This document shows, in pieces, positions 16,556 through 24,541 of a stretch of DNA of 64,000 nt. Both the position numbers and the translations under genes were made by a program. Position 1 is the stretch's first letter. Every line of letters starts with the position of its first letter. Under the pieces are notes generated by a model, which was not told the DNA's origin, ran no database searches, and saw only the letters and a program-made list of their open reading frames with translations. Location: the NCBI GenBank assembly GCA_038247555.1, contig JBBRUT010000001.1, forward strand, positions 21,704 through 85,703. Reading direction: 5' to 3'. Source of the stretch: Phycisphaerales bacterium. GTDB taxonomy: Bacteria; Planctomycetota; Phycisphaerae; Phycisphaerales; UBA1924.

Positions 16556-17925
16556 CCCTTCCGCGTCGCGGCCTTCTGCAGCTCTGCACCGGCCTCGATC
16601 GCGAGCTTGATGAGCCGGGAACGGGATTGATCAAACGGATCAACCTCACGCGGGTCCTGTACGAGCAGCGTTCGAAAAGCCTCGTGGTAGCGGATAGCAA
16701 TATCGGCGACCGCGCTGGAACCCTTTGCATAAGCGCCGATCTGCACCAAGTCTTCAACCTTTCGATACTCGGCCAGGAGACGGACAATCTGCCGACGCGC
16801 AGCGATGTGCGCGGGTTCGCACACATCGTCGGCGACTCGGGACACTGAATCGAGGACATCGATGGCGGGATAGTGAGCGCGCTGGGCGATGGTTCGGCTG
16901 AGCATGATGTGGCCGTCGAGGATGCCGCGAGCCGCATCGGCGACGGGTTCGGTCATGTCGTCGCCTTCGACGAGGATTGAGTAGAGCCCAGTGACAGAGC
17001 CGCCCGCAGAGGCTCCGTGGGCGCAATCCAGCACGCCGGCGCGCTCCAAGAGACGGGCCATGGATGCAAAGACGCTGGGGGTATAGCCGCGTGTTGCGGG
17101 AGGCTCGCCGACAGAAAGCCCGATCTGCCGCTTGGCGTGCGCGAAGCGGGTGAGCGAGTCCATGATGAGCATGACGCTCGCACCCTGATCGCGGAAGTGT
17201 TCGGCAACTGTGCAGGCGACCATCGCGGCACGCACTCGCAGCATGGGGGATTCATCGCTGGTCGCACAGACGACAACGCTGCGGGCCAGGCCCGAGGGGC
17301 CGAGGTTGTGCTCGACAAAGTCGCGGACTTCGCGGCCTCGTTCGCCGATGAGCGCGACGACGGAGATGTCCGATGCGCAGTTGCGCGCAACGCAGCCGAG
17401 AAGTGTTGACTTCCCGACGCCGGGCCCCGCGAAAACGCCCATGCGCTGGCCGCGGCCCAGGGTGGTAAAGAGATCGATCGCGCGGACGCCGGTGGGGAGC
17501 GGCTCGGTGACGCCGGCGCGGGTGAGCGGGGAGAGGGGTTCGGGATCGAGCAATCGTGGGCCGAGGCCGCGGATGGGCCCGAGGCCATCGATCGGGCGGG
17601 CGAGGCCATCAATCACGCGTCCGAGGAGCGCTGCGCCGACACCGACGGTCTGCTGGGCGTGGAGACCGACAACCCGGTCGCCTGCGCGGAGACCGGAGGG
17701 GGAGCCAAGCATCATGACGATGGTGCGTGCACCATCGAACCCGACAACCTCGCCAAGTGACTGGGCTTCGCCGGCGCGGTATCCACCCACGCGTACGAGC
17801 GCACCAACGGGGATGGGAAGGTCGCGCACGAGCACTGTGAGGCCGCGGAGAGCGTCGACGCGTCCGACGAACTGGAGGGGCTCGAGCCGCCGAAGCGTCT
17901 GGATTGCAGGCTCGAGGGTGATCAT
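16552..17925 (-). CDS. fliI: Flagellum-specific ATPase FliI
   Basis: 457 aa. Walker A GPGVGKSTLLG and Walker B MLIMDSLTRFA. F1/T3SS ATPase architecture. ATGA overlap with fliH at 17922-17925. Confidence 0.95.
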   Translation of the reverse strand: MITLEPAIQTLRRLEPLQFVGRVDALRGLTVLVRDLPIPVGALVRVGGYRAGEAQSLGEVVGFDGARTIVMMLGSPSGLRAGDRVVGLHAQQTVGVGAALLGRVIDGLARPIDGLGPIRGLGPRLLDPEPLSPLTRAGVTEPLPTGVRAIDLFTTLGRGQRMGVFAGPGVGKSTLLGCVARNCASDISVVALIGERGREVRDFVEHNLGPSGLARSVVVCATSDESPMLRVRAAMVACTVAEHFRDQGASVMLIMDSLTRFAHAKRQIGLSVGEPPATRGYTPSVFASMARLLERAGVLDCAHGASAGGSVTGLYSILVEGDDMTEPVADAARGILDGHIMLSRTIAQRAHYPAIDVLDSVSRVADDVCEPAHIAARRQIVRLLAEYRKVEDLVQIGAYAKGSSAVADIAIRYHEAFRTLLVQDPREVDPFDQSRSRLIKLAIEAGAELQKAATRKG

Positions 17926-18674
17926 TCGTCTGTCGCCGCGGCCGGGCTCTGGCTGTCGCCGGGCAAGAGGGCCTCGACGATCCGGCTGAGCTGATCGTCA
18001 ATCGACGCGTTGATCTCGCCGCCGCCGAGTGCATCCACGGAGGTGCCACGGGTCGTTGCGACGCACGAACCTGGGGAGAGTGCCGGATCGCCTTCGACTG
18101 TCGCGTTGCGCACGGCTTCGAACGCAGCGAGGAGGCCGGGTAGGGAGCCGCGAGCCACCTCGAGGTCAGAAGGACTGACGCGGATGGCGAGCTCGGTGGG
18201 ACGGGTGACGGTCGCGAGGACGGCACGCATCTGGTCTTCGACGATGCGCGGATCGGCGGCGATAACGCGCTTCACGATCTTCTGGGCGATGAGGGTGGCC
18301 AGGCGCAGGACATCAACGTGCGCTTCGCAGAGCATGGCCTCGCGCCTCGCGCTAAACTGCGTCAGCGCGGCATTCCAGGCAGCTTCGAGTTGCTCGATCT
18401 GCGTTCGCCGCTCGGTTGTTGCGGCGGCGCGGCCGTCTTCCTGACCTTTCAGTCGTCCTTCCGCGATGCCCTTGGCCATGCCCTGTGCGTGGCCCTTCTC
18501 CGCCGCGCCTGCGACGATTCGACCCCGCTCGGCCTTCGCCTCGGCAAGGAGTTGATCGGCGCGGGCGCGCGCGCTCTCGACCAGGATCTGTCCCTGACGA
18601 GAGAGATCACCCAGATCGAGGACGATGGCATCGCGGGTGATATCGTGAGAGTTGGCGTGCTTGATGAGGGCCAT
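17922..18674 (-). CDS. fliH: Flagellar assembly protein FliH
   Basis: 250 aa with ATG at 18674. Charged coiled-coil N-terminal half and a FliH C-terminal domain. Located between fliG and fliI. Confidence 0.75.
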   Translation of the reverse strand: MALIKHANSHDITRDAIVLDLGDLSRQGQILVESARARADQLLAEAKAERGRIVAGAAEKGHAQGMAKGIAEGRLKGQEDGRAAATTERRTQIEQLEAAWNAALTQFSARREAMLCEAHVDVLRLATLIAQKIVKRVIAADPRIVEDQMRAVLATVTRPTELAIRVSPSDLEVARGSLPGLLAAFEAVRNATVEGDPALSPGSCVATTRGTSVDALGGGEINASIDDQLSRIVEALLPGDSQSPAAATDE

Positions 18675-18696
18675 GTGCGGGAGGGCTTCACGTCGT

Positions 18697-18747
18697 TAAG
18701 GCGGTAAGGCGTCAAGATGCGCGGGGGGGGCAGGGCAACGCCTTGGG
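18697..18747 (-). repeat. Palindromic repeat family, copy 2 (fliG-fliH spacer)
   Basis: The minus strand reads CCCAAGGCGTTGCCCTGCCCCCCCCGCGCATCTTGACGCCTTACCGCCTTA. The copy ends (18697) 22 nt upstream of the fliH ATG (18674). Confidence 0.65.
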
Positions 18748-18752
18748 AACGG

Positions 18753-19793
18753 CTAGACGATGAGGTCGCTTTCTCCGCCGCGGCCGGAGATGATGATCTC
18801 GCCGGCATCCTCGAGGCGGCGGACAATGTCGACGATGCGCTGCTGGGCCTGTTCGACATCGGTGACGCGGACGGGGCCCATGTACTGCATGTCCTCCTTG
18901 ATGAGCGTGGCGGCGCGCTCGGACATGTTCTTGAAGATCTTGTTCTGGAGGTCGGGCGAGGCGGTCTTGAGGGCGAGTCCGAGCTCTTCGTTGTCGACTT
19001 CCTTGAGGATCTGCTGGATGCCCTTGTCGTCAACCTTGAGGATGTCCTCGAAGACGAACATCAGCCGCCGGATCTCCTCGACGAGTTCGGGGTCCTCGGC
19101 TTCGAGGCCCTCCATGACGGCCTTTTCGGTGGCGCGGTCCGCAAGGTTGAGGATCTCGGCAACGGTGTTGATGCCGCCGGCCTTTTCCATGCTCTGCATG
19201 AGCATGTTGGCGAGCCGGCTTTCCAGGCCCTTCTCCACTTCCTTGATGACCTCGGGGTTGGTCTGCTCCATGTTCGCGATGCGCTTGATCACTTCGATCT
19301 GCTTCTGCATGGGCAGGCCCGCAAGAATTTCCGCCGCCTTGTGATGGGCCAGGTGACAGACGATCAGCGCGATGGTCTGGGGATGCTCATCCTGAATGAA
19401 GGTCAGCAGGTTCTCGCTCTCGGCCTTCTGAAGGAAGGCGAAGGGCGTCTTCTGGACCTGCGTCTGGATCTGCTGGAGCACACGATCGGCGGTGCCTTTA
19501 TCGAGGCAGTCCTTGAGCAGCGTTTTTGCGTACTCGAGCCCACCTTCGCTGATGTACTGATTGGCGATGGTGAGGTTGTAGAACTCCTCGACGACCGCGG
19601 TGCTGAGCTGCTGAGGCACGCGTCCGAGGCTTGCCAGCTCGCGCGTCACTTCCTCGATCGCCTCGGGCGGGAGCTGCTTGAGCATGTTGCTCGCGACCGG
19701 GGGCTCCAGGGTCATGAGTAGAACGGCGGCCTTGGTGAGGCCGCTGAGTTCCGCGGGATCGCTTGGGAGTTTTTCACCGGGCTTTCTTGGCAT
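18753..19793 (-). CDS. fliG: Flagellar motor switch protein FliG
   Basis: 346 aa. FliG N, middle and C domains are recognisable (EDEHPQTIALIV; MFVFEDILKVDDKGIQQILKEV; GPVRVTDVEQAQQRIVDIVRRLEDAGEI). Confidence 0.95.
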   Translation of the reverse strand: MPRKPGEKLPSDPAELSGLTKAAVLLMTLEPPVASNMLKQLPPEAIEEVTRELASLGRVPQQLSTAVVEEFYNLTIANQYISEGGLEYAKTLLKDCLDKGTADRVLQQIQTQVQKTPFAFLQKAESENLLTFIQDEHPQTIALIVCHLAHHKAAEILAGLPMQKQIEVIKRIANMEQTNPEVIKEVEKGLESRLANMLMQSMEKAGGINTVAEILNLADRATEKAVMEGLEAEDPELVEEIRRLMFVFEDILKVDDKGIQQILKEVDNEELGLALKTASPDLQNKIFKNMSERAATLIKEDMQYMGPVRVTDVEQAQQRIVDIVRRLEDAGEIIISGRGGESDLIV

Positions 19794-19796
19794 GAC

Positions 19797-21530
19797 TTAT
19801 TGCTCGGGCGAGAGCCAGCGGTTGAACACGCCGACGGCCGACTGTGGGTTGGATTTCACAAGCTCGGAGACTTCCTCCAGCATCTTCTGCCGCTTCAGTT
19901 CGTCGTTGTCGATTTCGATTCCCATCATGGCTGTCTCGCCCTCGTCGGCCTCGCCAACGAGGTCGCTGTCGACCTCGATCGCCGGGGGGATTCCGACCAG
20001 CTCTTCGGCGGTGGGCATTGGCGCTGCGCGGCCGGCCTTGCGGACGAGCATGAACATCATGCCGATCGAGAGCACTGCCAGGCCGCCGAGCACTCCCTGC
20101 TTGAACAAGCCGCTGGAGACGAGCGAGGAGACGCCGCCCAACGGACCCGCCGCGCCCGAAGAAGAGCCGCCAGTGCCCATCGATCCGCCGGGGCCAACCG
20201 AGGCGATCGCCACGGGGATCAGCGAGACAACCACGTCGCCGGCTTCCATCGCGCTGCCGGCCATGTCCGCTGTCTGCACGAGCGGGCGAACCATATCTTC
20301 CAGGCCCTTGGCGACACGCGTGGTCCACTCCGTCTCAATCTCGGCTTCGCTCGGTTCGGCTGGGGCCGCGGCACCGGGCGCAGCGGCGGCGGCACCCTTG
20401 CGCTGCTTGATGACCTGTTCCACGTATCCGCGAGGGACACTGACGGCGACATTGATCTTTGTCGGCCGGCCGCGGGGCATCTGCCGGGTCTCGGTTCGGG
20501 TACCGATCTTGGCGGAGTAGCGGGTCTCGCTGGTTTCGTCGGAGGTGCTGCCGCCATCGCCCGCGGCGTACTCGATATCCATACCGACGTTTCCACCGAG
20601 CCCCGGGGCCGCGGCCTTGGAGCCGCTGGTGGAGGTCGAGGTTGTAGAGCGTTCTTCGATCGGGACCGCGATGGTGCCCTCGCCCTTGGGGAGAGCGCTC
20701 TCGGTGCGGATGTCGGTGCGGGAGCCATCGACGATCGCGTTCACGGAGACGACGACGTCGCCGATGAAGCTGCCGAGGTGGTGCATGATCTTGTCGCGGA
20801 CGCGCTCCTCAACGATTGCGACCTGCTCCATGTAGCCGTTGGCGGAAAAGCCGTTGTCCTGGCCTGCGCGGTAGCTTCGGCGGTTCACACCGTCGATGAT
20901 GCTGACGTTCTTTGCATCGAGTCCGGCGGTGGTCCCTGCGACGAGATCGGCCAGAGCGTCGACCGTGCCCTGGTCAAGCTTCGCGCCGGGGGCGGGGCGG
21001 ACAGTGACCGTTGCCACGGGCCGCTTGGTTGGCGAGCCGAGGCCGGTTGTCTCGGGCGCTGAGATGAACACCTCGGCCCCTGTGATGCCATCGAAGTTGC
21101 CGATGACCTTTGCCAGGTCGTTGCAGAGCGCGGTGACATACATCTGGTCCTGGACGGCCTTGGGCTTGAGCCAGTCCTGATGCTCCACGAGGTTGTTTCG
21201 CCCGAGCAACGACTGGCCCGTAATCACCTGTGCCTTGGCGAGTCGAGCGAGCGCAGGGAACTTGCGCTCGGTGGGAACAATGACCTTCTTCTCGGTGTTG
21301 AACTCATACGGCACGCCCGCGCCGTCGAGGTACTCCGCCGCCTTGGCCTGGTCCTCGGGCGACCCGGCGGGGATGAGTTCGACCATCTGCGCTTTGCCGG
21401 CGTACTGCGAAACCAGAAAGAGCGACATCAGCGCAATGACACACACTGAGCCGACGAGCAGCTTCTGCGTCGGGGTGAGCTTGGCGCCCTGGGTTGTGAT
21501 GAGTCCGAGGACCTTGCGTAACTGGTCCAT
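19797..21530 (-). CDS. fliF: Flagellar MS-ring protein FliF
   Basis: 577 aa with ATG at 21530. N-terminal TM, YscJ/FliF periplasmic domains, a second TM near the C-terminus, and a FliG-binding tail. Confidence 0.95.
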   Translation of the reverse strand: MDQLRKVLGLITTQGAKLTPTQKLLVGSVCVIALMSLFLVSQYAGKAQMVELIPAGSPEDQAKAAEYLDGAGVPYEFNTEKKVIVPTERKFPALARLAKAQVITGQSLLGRNNLVEHQDWLKPKAVQDQMYVTALCNDLAKVIGNFDGITGAEVFISAPETTGLGSPTKRPVATVTVRPAPGAKLDQGTVDALADLVAGTTAGLDAKNVSIIDGVNRRSYRAGQDNGFSANGYMEQVAIVEERVRDKIMHHLGSFIGDVVVSVNAIVDGSRTDIRTESALPKGEGTIAVPIEERSTTSTSTSGSKAAAPGLGGNVGMDIEYAAGDGGSTSDETSETRYSAKIGTRTETRQMPRGRPTKINVAVSVPRGYVEQVIKQRKGAAAAAPGAAAPAEPSEAEIETEWTTRVAKGLEDMVRPLVQTADMAGSAMEAGDVVVSLIPVAIASVGPGGSMGTGGSSSGAAGPLGGVSSLVSSGLFKQGVLGGLAVLSIGMMFMLVRKAGRAAPMPTAEELVGIPPAIEVDSDLVGEADEGETAMMGIEIDNDELKRQKMLEEVSELVKSNPQSAVGVFNRWLSPEQ

Positions 21531-21751
21531 TTGAGAGGGCCTCCGGCCGAGCGATCCATCGCATTCCGCGGCGTTCCACGCCGCGACCCCCGCATTCGAA
21601 GCGACATCGGATCAACAGATCAGAGCTCTCGAAGTCGGGCCTCTCTCTTTCGGACAGCGCGTGCTCTGCGCTCCAATTGCGCAAAGTCGGAGCGCAACTA
21701 CTGCGCTTCGGTGCATGGACGGGCATGAGAAGTCACCGAGATGGAGGGATG

Positions 21752-22084
21752 TCAGACGCGGAGCTGCTTGATTTCTTCGTAAGCCTGCGTCAGCTTGTTG
21801 CGGACAGAGACCAGCATCCGGAAGGCGGTGTCGGCCTTCTGGGTGGCGAGGAGGACGCCTTCAACGTCGCCGCGTTTGCCAGTGTTGAGGTCCTCGATGG
21901 CGGTCGTTGCTTCTGCCTGAAGCTTGTTGACCTGCTTGATGTTCTCCATCAGCAGATCCTTAAAGGATGGCGCGTTGGGATCCGGCGCGACGCCGCCCGC
22001 GGCTACGGGTGGGCGCGGGTAGCTGGCAGGGCCGACGCCCCCCACTCCGCCTGTCTGTCCGATGAGTCCGAGTGGATCTGCCAT
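21752..22084 (-). CDS. fliE: Flagellar hook-basal body protein FliE
   Basis: 110 aa. C-terminal FliE motif FKDLLMENIKQVNKLQAEATTAIEDLNTGKRGDVEGVLLATQKADTAFRMLVSVRNKLTQAYEEI. Confidence 0.9.
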   Translation of the reverse strand: MADPLGLIGQTGGVGGVGPASYPRPPVAAGGVAPDPNAPSFKDLLMENIKQVNKLQAEATTAIEDLNTGKRGDVEGVLLATQKADTAFRMLVSVRNKLTQAYEEIKQLRV

Positions 22085-22107
22085 GACCCGTGTCTCCCGT
22101 CAACAAA

Positions 22108-22539
22108 TCAAGCGATCAGACGCAACGCCTGGGCCATCATGGCCTTGCTGGCCTCCGCGGCGGCGAGGTTGGCCTCATATGCCCGCATGGCGTCATAGGC
22201 GTTCATCTGCTCGAACACTGGGTTGATGTTTGGATACTTCACGTAGCCAGCTTCATCCGCGAGTGGATTGCTGGGCTCGTGACGAACCTGATGCGTGCTG
22301 TCGCGGCCTATCGCGGCGACACGGACACCGAGCCTGTCGCCCCCTCCAGATTCCCTGCCGCCGAACCTTGAACCGGGGGCACCGGCAGAAACAAAGACCT
22401 CACGGCGGGCATAGGGAATGTTCCGGCCAAGAGCATCGGTAAACGTCGCCGCGTTGGCGATGTTGGAGGTATAGGCCTCCAGTCGCGTCCGCTGGGCGAT
22501 CATGCCGCTGGTCGAAATTTCAAGGGATCCGTACAACAA
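22108..22539 (-). CDS. flgC: Flagellar basal-body rod protein FlgC
   Basis: 143 aa. LEISTSGMIAQRTRLEAYTSNIANAATF rod N-terminal motif and C-terminal YPNINPVFEQMNAYDAMRAYEANLAAAEASKAMMAQALRL. The start is a TTG (22539 or 22536); no upstream ATG exists. Confidence 0.9.
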   Translation of the reverse strand: MLYGSLEISTSGMIAQRTRLEAYTSNIANAATFTDALGRNIPYARREVFVSAGAPGSRFGGRESGGGDRLGVRVAAIGRDSTHQVRHEPSNPLADEAGYVKYPNINPVFEQMNAYDAMRAYEANLAAAEASKAMMAQALRLIA

Positions 22540-22569
22540 AGACTCCGTGGGTTAGGCCAACAAAGTTCC

Positions 22570-23013
22570 TCAGACGCGTTCGGCGATGGCCATGCGCAGG
22601 AGGTCGTGCCTGCTCTTGAGCAAATCCGAAGCCACACGGAAAGCCGCCACGTTCTCGGCCTGGTCGGCCATGAGCTCCTCGATACCGCGGTTGTTGCGGT
22701 CATGGAAGAGGATGTTGCGCGACGGCTTCTGCGCCAGTGGCGTGAGGGTGAGGGAGCCATCGCGCTCCTGGCGGATCTGATCGGTGGATCGGAACTGCAG
22801 GGGCCCGGTGCTGCCGGTGGAGTGCCGCCGCCGCTCAACGGCTTCGGCAAGCGAGCGCTGGAACGATGCGGGGTCAACTTCGACCTGCTGAAAGTTGGGC
22901 GTGCTGATGTTCGCGATGTTGTGGGCGATCATCCGTTGGCGCGACCCGGCAAAGCGGACCATCGCCTCCAGGGTCGGGGTTGCGCCATCGTGGATGAGGT
23001 CGCTGATGAGCAT
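22570..23013 (-). CDS. flgB: Flagellar basal-body rod protein FlgB
   Basis: ATG at 23013 with GGAG 6 nt upstream gives 147 aa. MLISDLIHDGATPTLEAMVRFAGSRQRMIAHNIANISTPNF places about 30 residues before the NIAN motif, as in known FlgB proteins. The 224-aa track ORF is a Ser-rich artefactual extension. Confidence 0.85.
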   Translation of the reverse strand: MLISDLIHDGATPTLEAMVRFAGSRQRMIAHNIANISTPNFQQVEVDPASFQRSLAEAVERRRHSTGSTGPLQFRSTDQIRQERDGSLTLTPLAQKPSRNILFHDRNNRGIEELMADQAENVAAFRVASDLLKSRHDLLRMAIAERV

Positions 23014-23026
23014 CGGAACTCCGGAA

Positions 23027-23042
23027 CGCAAATCGCAGGCCA
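23027..23042 (-). promoter_or_regulatory. Candidate sigma-54 -24/-12 promoter upstream of flgB
   Basis: The minus strand reads TGGCCTGCGATTTGCG, against consensus TGGCACG-N4-TTGCW. GG and GC are separated by exactly 10 nt. It lies in the 64-nt spacer between the sigma-54 activator gene and flgB. Caveat: the predicted +1 (about 23016) is only 3 nt before the ATG and downstream of the GGAG. Confidence 0.35.
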
Positions 23043-23077
23043 CAGTGGGAGCGAGAGCTAGAGCGAGAGCGTCGGGG

Positions 23078-24541
23078 CTAGAGAGTCTGCTCGACGAGCT
23101 GCTGCTGCTTCCACTTCTTGAGCTTGAGACCGAGTGTGCGGACGCCGATGCCGAGCGACTGGGCGGTGCGCTGTCGATGGCCGTTGAACCGGGCAAGGGT
23201 CCGGATGATGGCGTCGCGCTCGATGTCTTCGAGCTGTCGGCCATCGCAGGCGATCAGGCCACCCTCTCCATTGTGTGTGGGGAGACTTGGCACCGCCATG
23301 CCCGAAGCGATCTTGATCTCCAGCCCGGTGGTGGTCATCGCATCTGCGGCGAGGAGCCAGGGCTCGATCATCGATCGCTCGATAACCTCGCCCTTGCAGA
23401 GCACGGCGGCACGTTCGCAAACGTTCTGGACCTCGCGGACGTTGCCGGGCCAGGTGTAGGACCGGAGGACAGCCATGGCATCGTCGGAGATGCGACGGGC
23501 TGGCTTTCCCTCCCGCTGGGCGGTGAGGCCAAGGAAGTGGCTGACGAGGGCGGGGACATCCTCCAGGCGGTCGCGCAGGGGCGGGAGGTGCACGGGCAGG
23601 ACGTTGAGCCGGAAGAAGAGGTCCTGACGGAACTCGCCGCGGGCGACGGATCGGGGGAGGTCGCGGTTGCTGGTGGCGATGACGCGGACATCCAGCCCGA
23701 TGGTCATGCTGGAACCGACGCGCTCGAAGGACCGCTCTTGGAGGACGCGGAGAAGCTTGGCCTGGACCTTGGGTGTGATCTCGGAGATCTCATCAAGGAG
23801 GAGCGTGCCGCGGTCGGCGAGTTCGAAGCGGCCTTTGCGGAGCTTCTCGGCGCCTGTGAACGCCCCGCGTTCGTGACCGAAGAGTTCGCTTTCGAGCAGG
23901 GACTCTGAGAGGGCGGCACAGTTGACCGCGAGGAACGGCTGCCCGGCGCGAGGGCTGATCTCGTGGACAGCACGCGCGACGACTTCCTTGCCGGTGCCAG
24001 ACTCGCCGCAGATGAGCACGGTGCCGTGGGACTCGGCGACGGCGAGCACCTGCTGGCGAACGCGGCGCATGGCGGGGGAGTCGCCGATGAGGCGGGTCAG
24101 GCCGGTGGGTCCTCCGCCGGATGCGACGGTGCGGGGTCCTTCGGCATTGGTGCGAAGAACGGCGTTCTCGCGCGTAAGGCGCGCGTGGTCGATTGCGCGC
24201 TTGATCGCGACGATCAGCTCGTCGCCCTCGAAGGGCTTGGTGATGTAGTCAAACGCGCCGGCTTTGATGGCCTGAACGGCGGTATCGACGGCCCCGTAGG
24301 CGGTCATCACGACGAACGGGAGTGTGTCGTCGATGTCGCGGGCCCGCTCGACGAGCTCGATGCCTGTCATGCCGGGCATGCGGAGATCGGTGACGACGGC
24401 GTCGGGCCGGCGACGGGCGATCGTCTCAAGGGCGGCGTTGGCATCGGGCGCGGTGAGCACCTCAAACCCTGCCCGCTGCAGCGTTGCGCCCACGCTGTCC
24501 CGCAGCATTTCCTTATCATCAACAACCAGTACCGTGCTCAT
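23078..24541 (-). CDS. Sigma-54-dependent response regulator (NtrC family; FleR/FlrC/FlgR-like)
   Basis: ATG at 24541 gives 487 aa. Receiver domain (VVDDK..VVTDLRMPG..VMTAYG..ITKPF), AAA+ domain with GESGTGKE and the sigma-54 contact loop ERGAFTGA, and a C-terminal Fis-type HTH (RQRTAQSLGIGVRTLGLKLKKW). ATGA overlap with the kinase stop. Confidence 0.9.
   Translation of the reverse strand: MSTVLVVDDKEMLRDSVGATLQRAGFEVLTAPDANAALETIARRRPDAVVTDLRMPGMTGIELVERARDIDDTLPFVVMTAYGAVDTAVQAIKAGAFDYITKPFEGDELIVAIKRAIDHARLTRENAVLRTNAEGPRTVASGGGPTGLTRLIGDSPAMRRVRQQVLAVAESHGTVLICGESGTGKEVVARAVHEISPRAGQPFLAVNCAALSESLLESELFGHERGAFTGAEKLRKGRFELADRGTLLLDEISEITPKVQAKLLRVLQERSFERVGSSMTIGLDVRVIATSNRDLPRSVARGEFRQDLFFRLNVLPVHLPPLRDRLEDVPALVSHFLGLTAQREGKPARRISDDAMAVLRSYTWPGNVREVQNVCERAAVLCKGEVIERSMIEPWLLAADAMTTTGLEIKIASGMAVPSLPTHNGEGGLIACDGRQLEDIERDAIIRTLARFNGHRQRTAQSLGIGVRTLGLKLKKWKQQQLVEQTL

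Noticed and set aside
16699-16730. Sigma-28-like CAAAGGGT-N12-GCCGATAT on the coding strand inside the 3' part of fliI, about 150 nt before fliJ
   Set aside because: It lies inside coding sequence, the spacer is one nt longer than consensus, and the -35 matches only 5 of 8 positions. I cannot distinguish it from chance without transcript data.
18717-21062. Long plus-strand ORFs 18717-19721 (334 aa) and 19800-21062 (420 aa)
   Set aside because: They are exactly antisense to fliG and fliF, which carry strong family motifs. The translations are low-complexity (D/E/L/G/R) with no recognisable domain.
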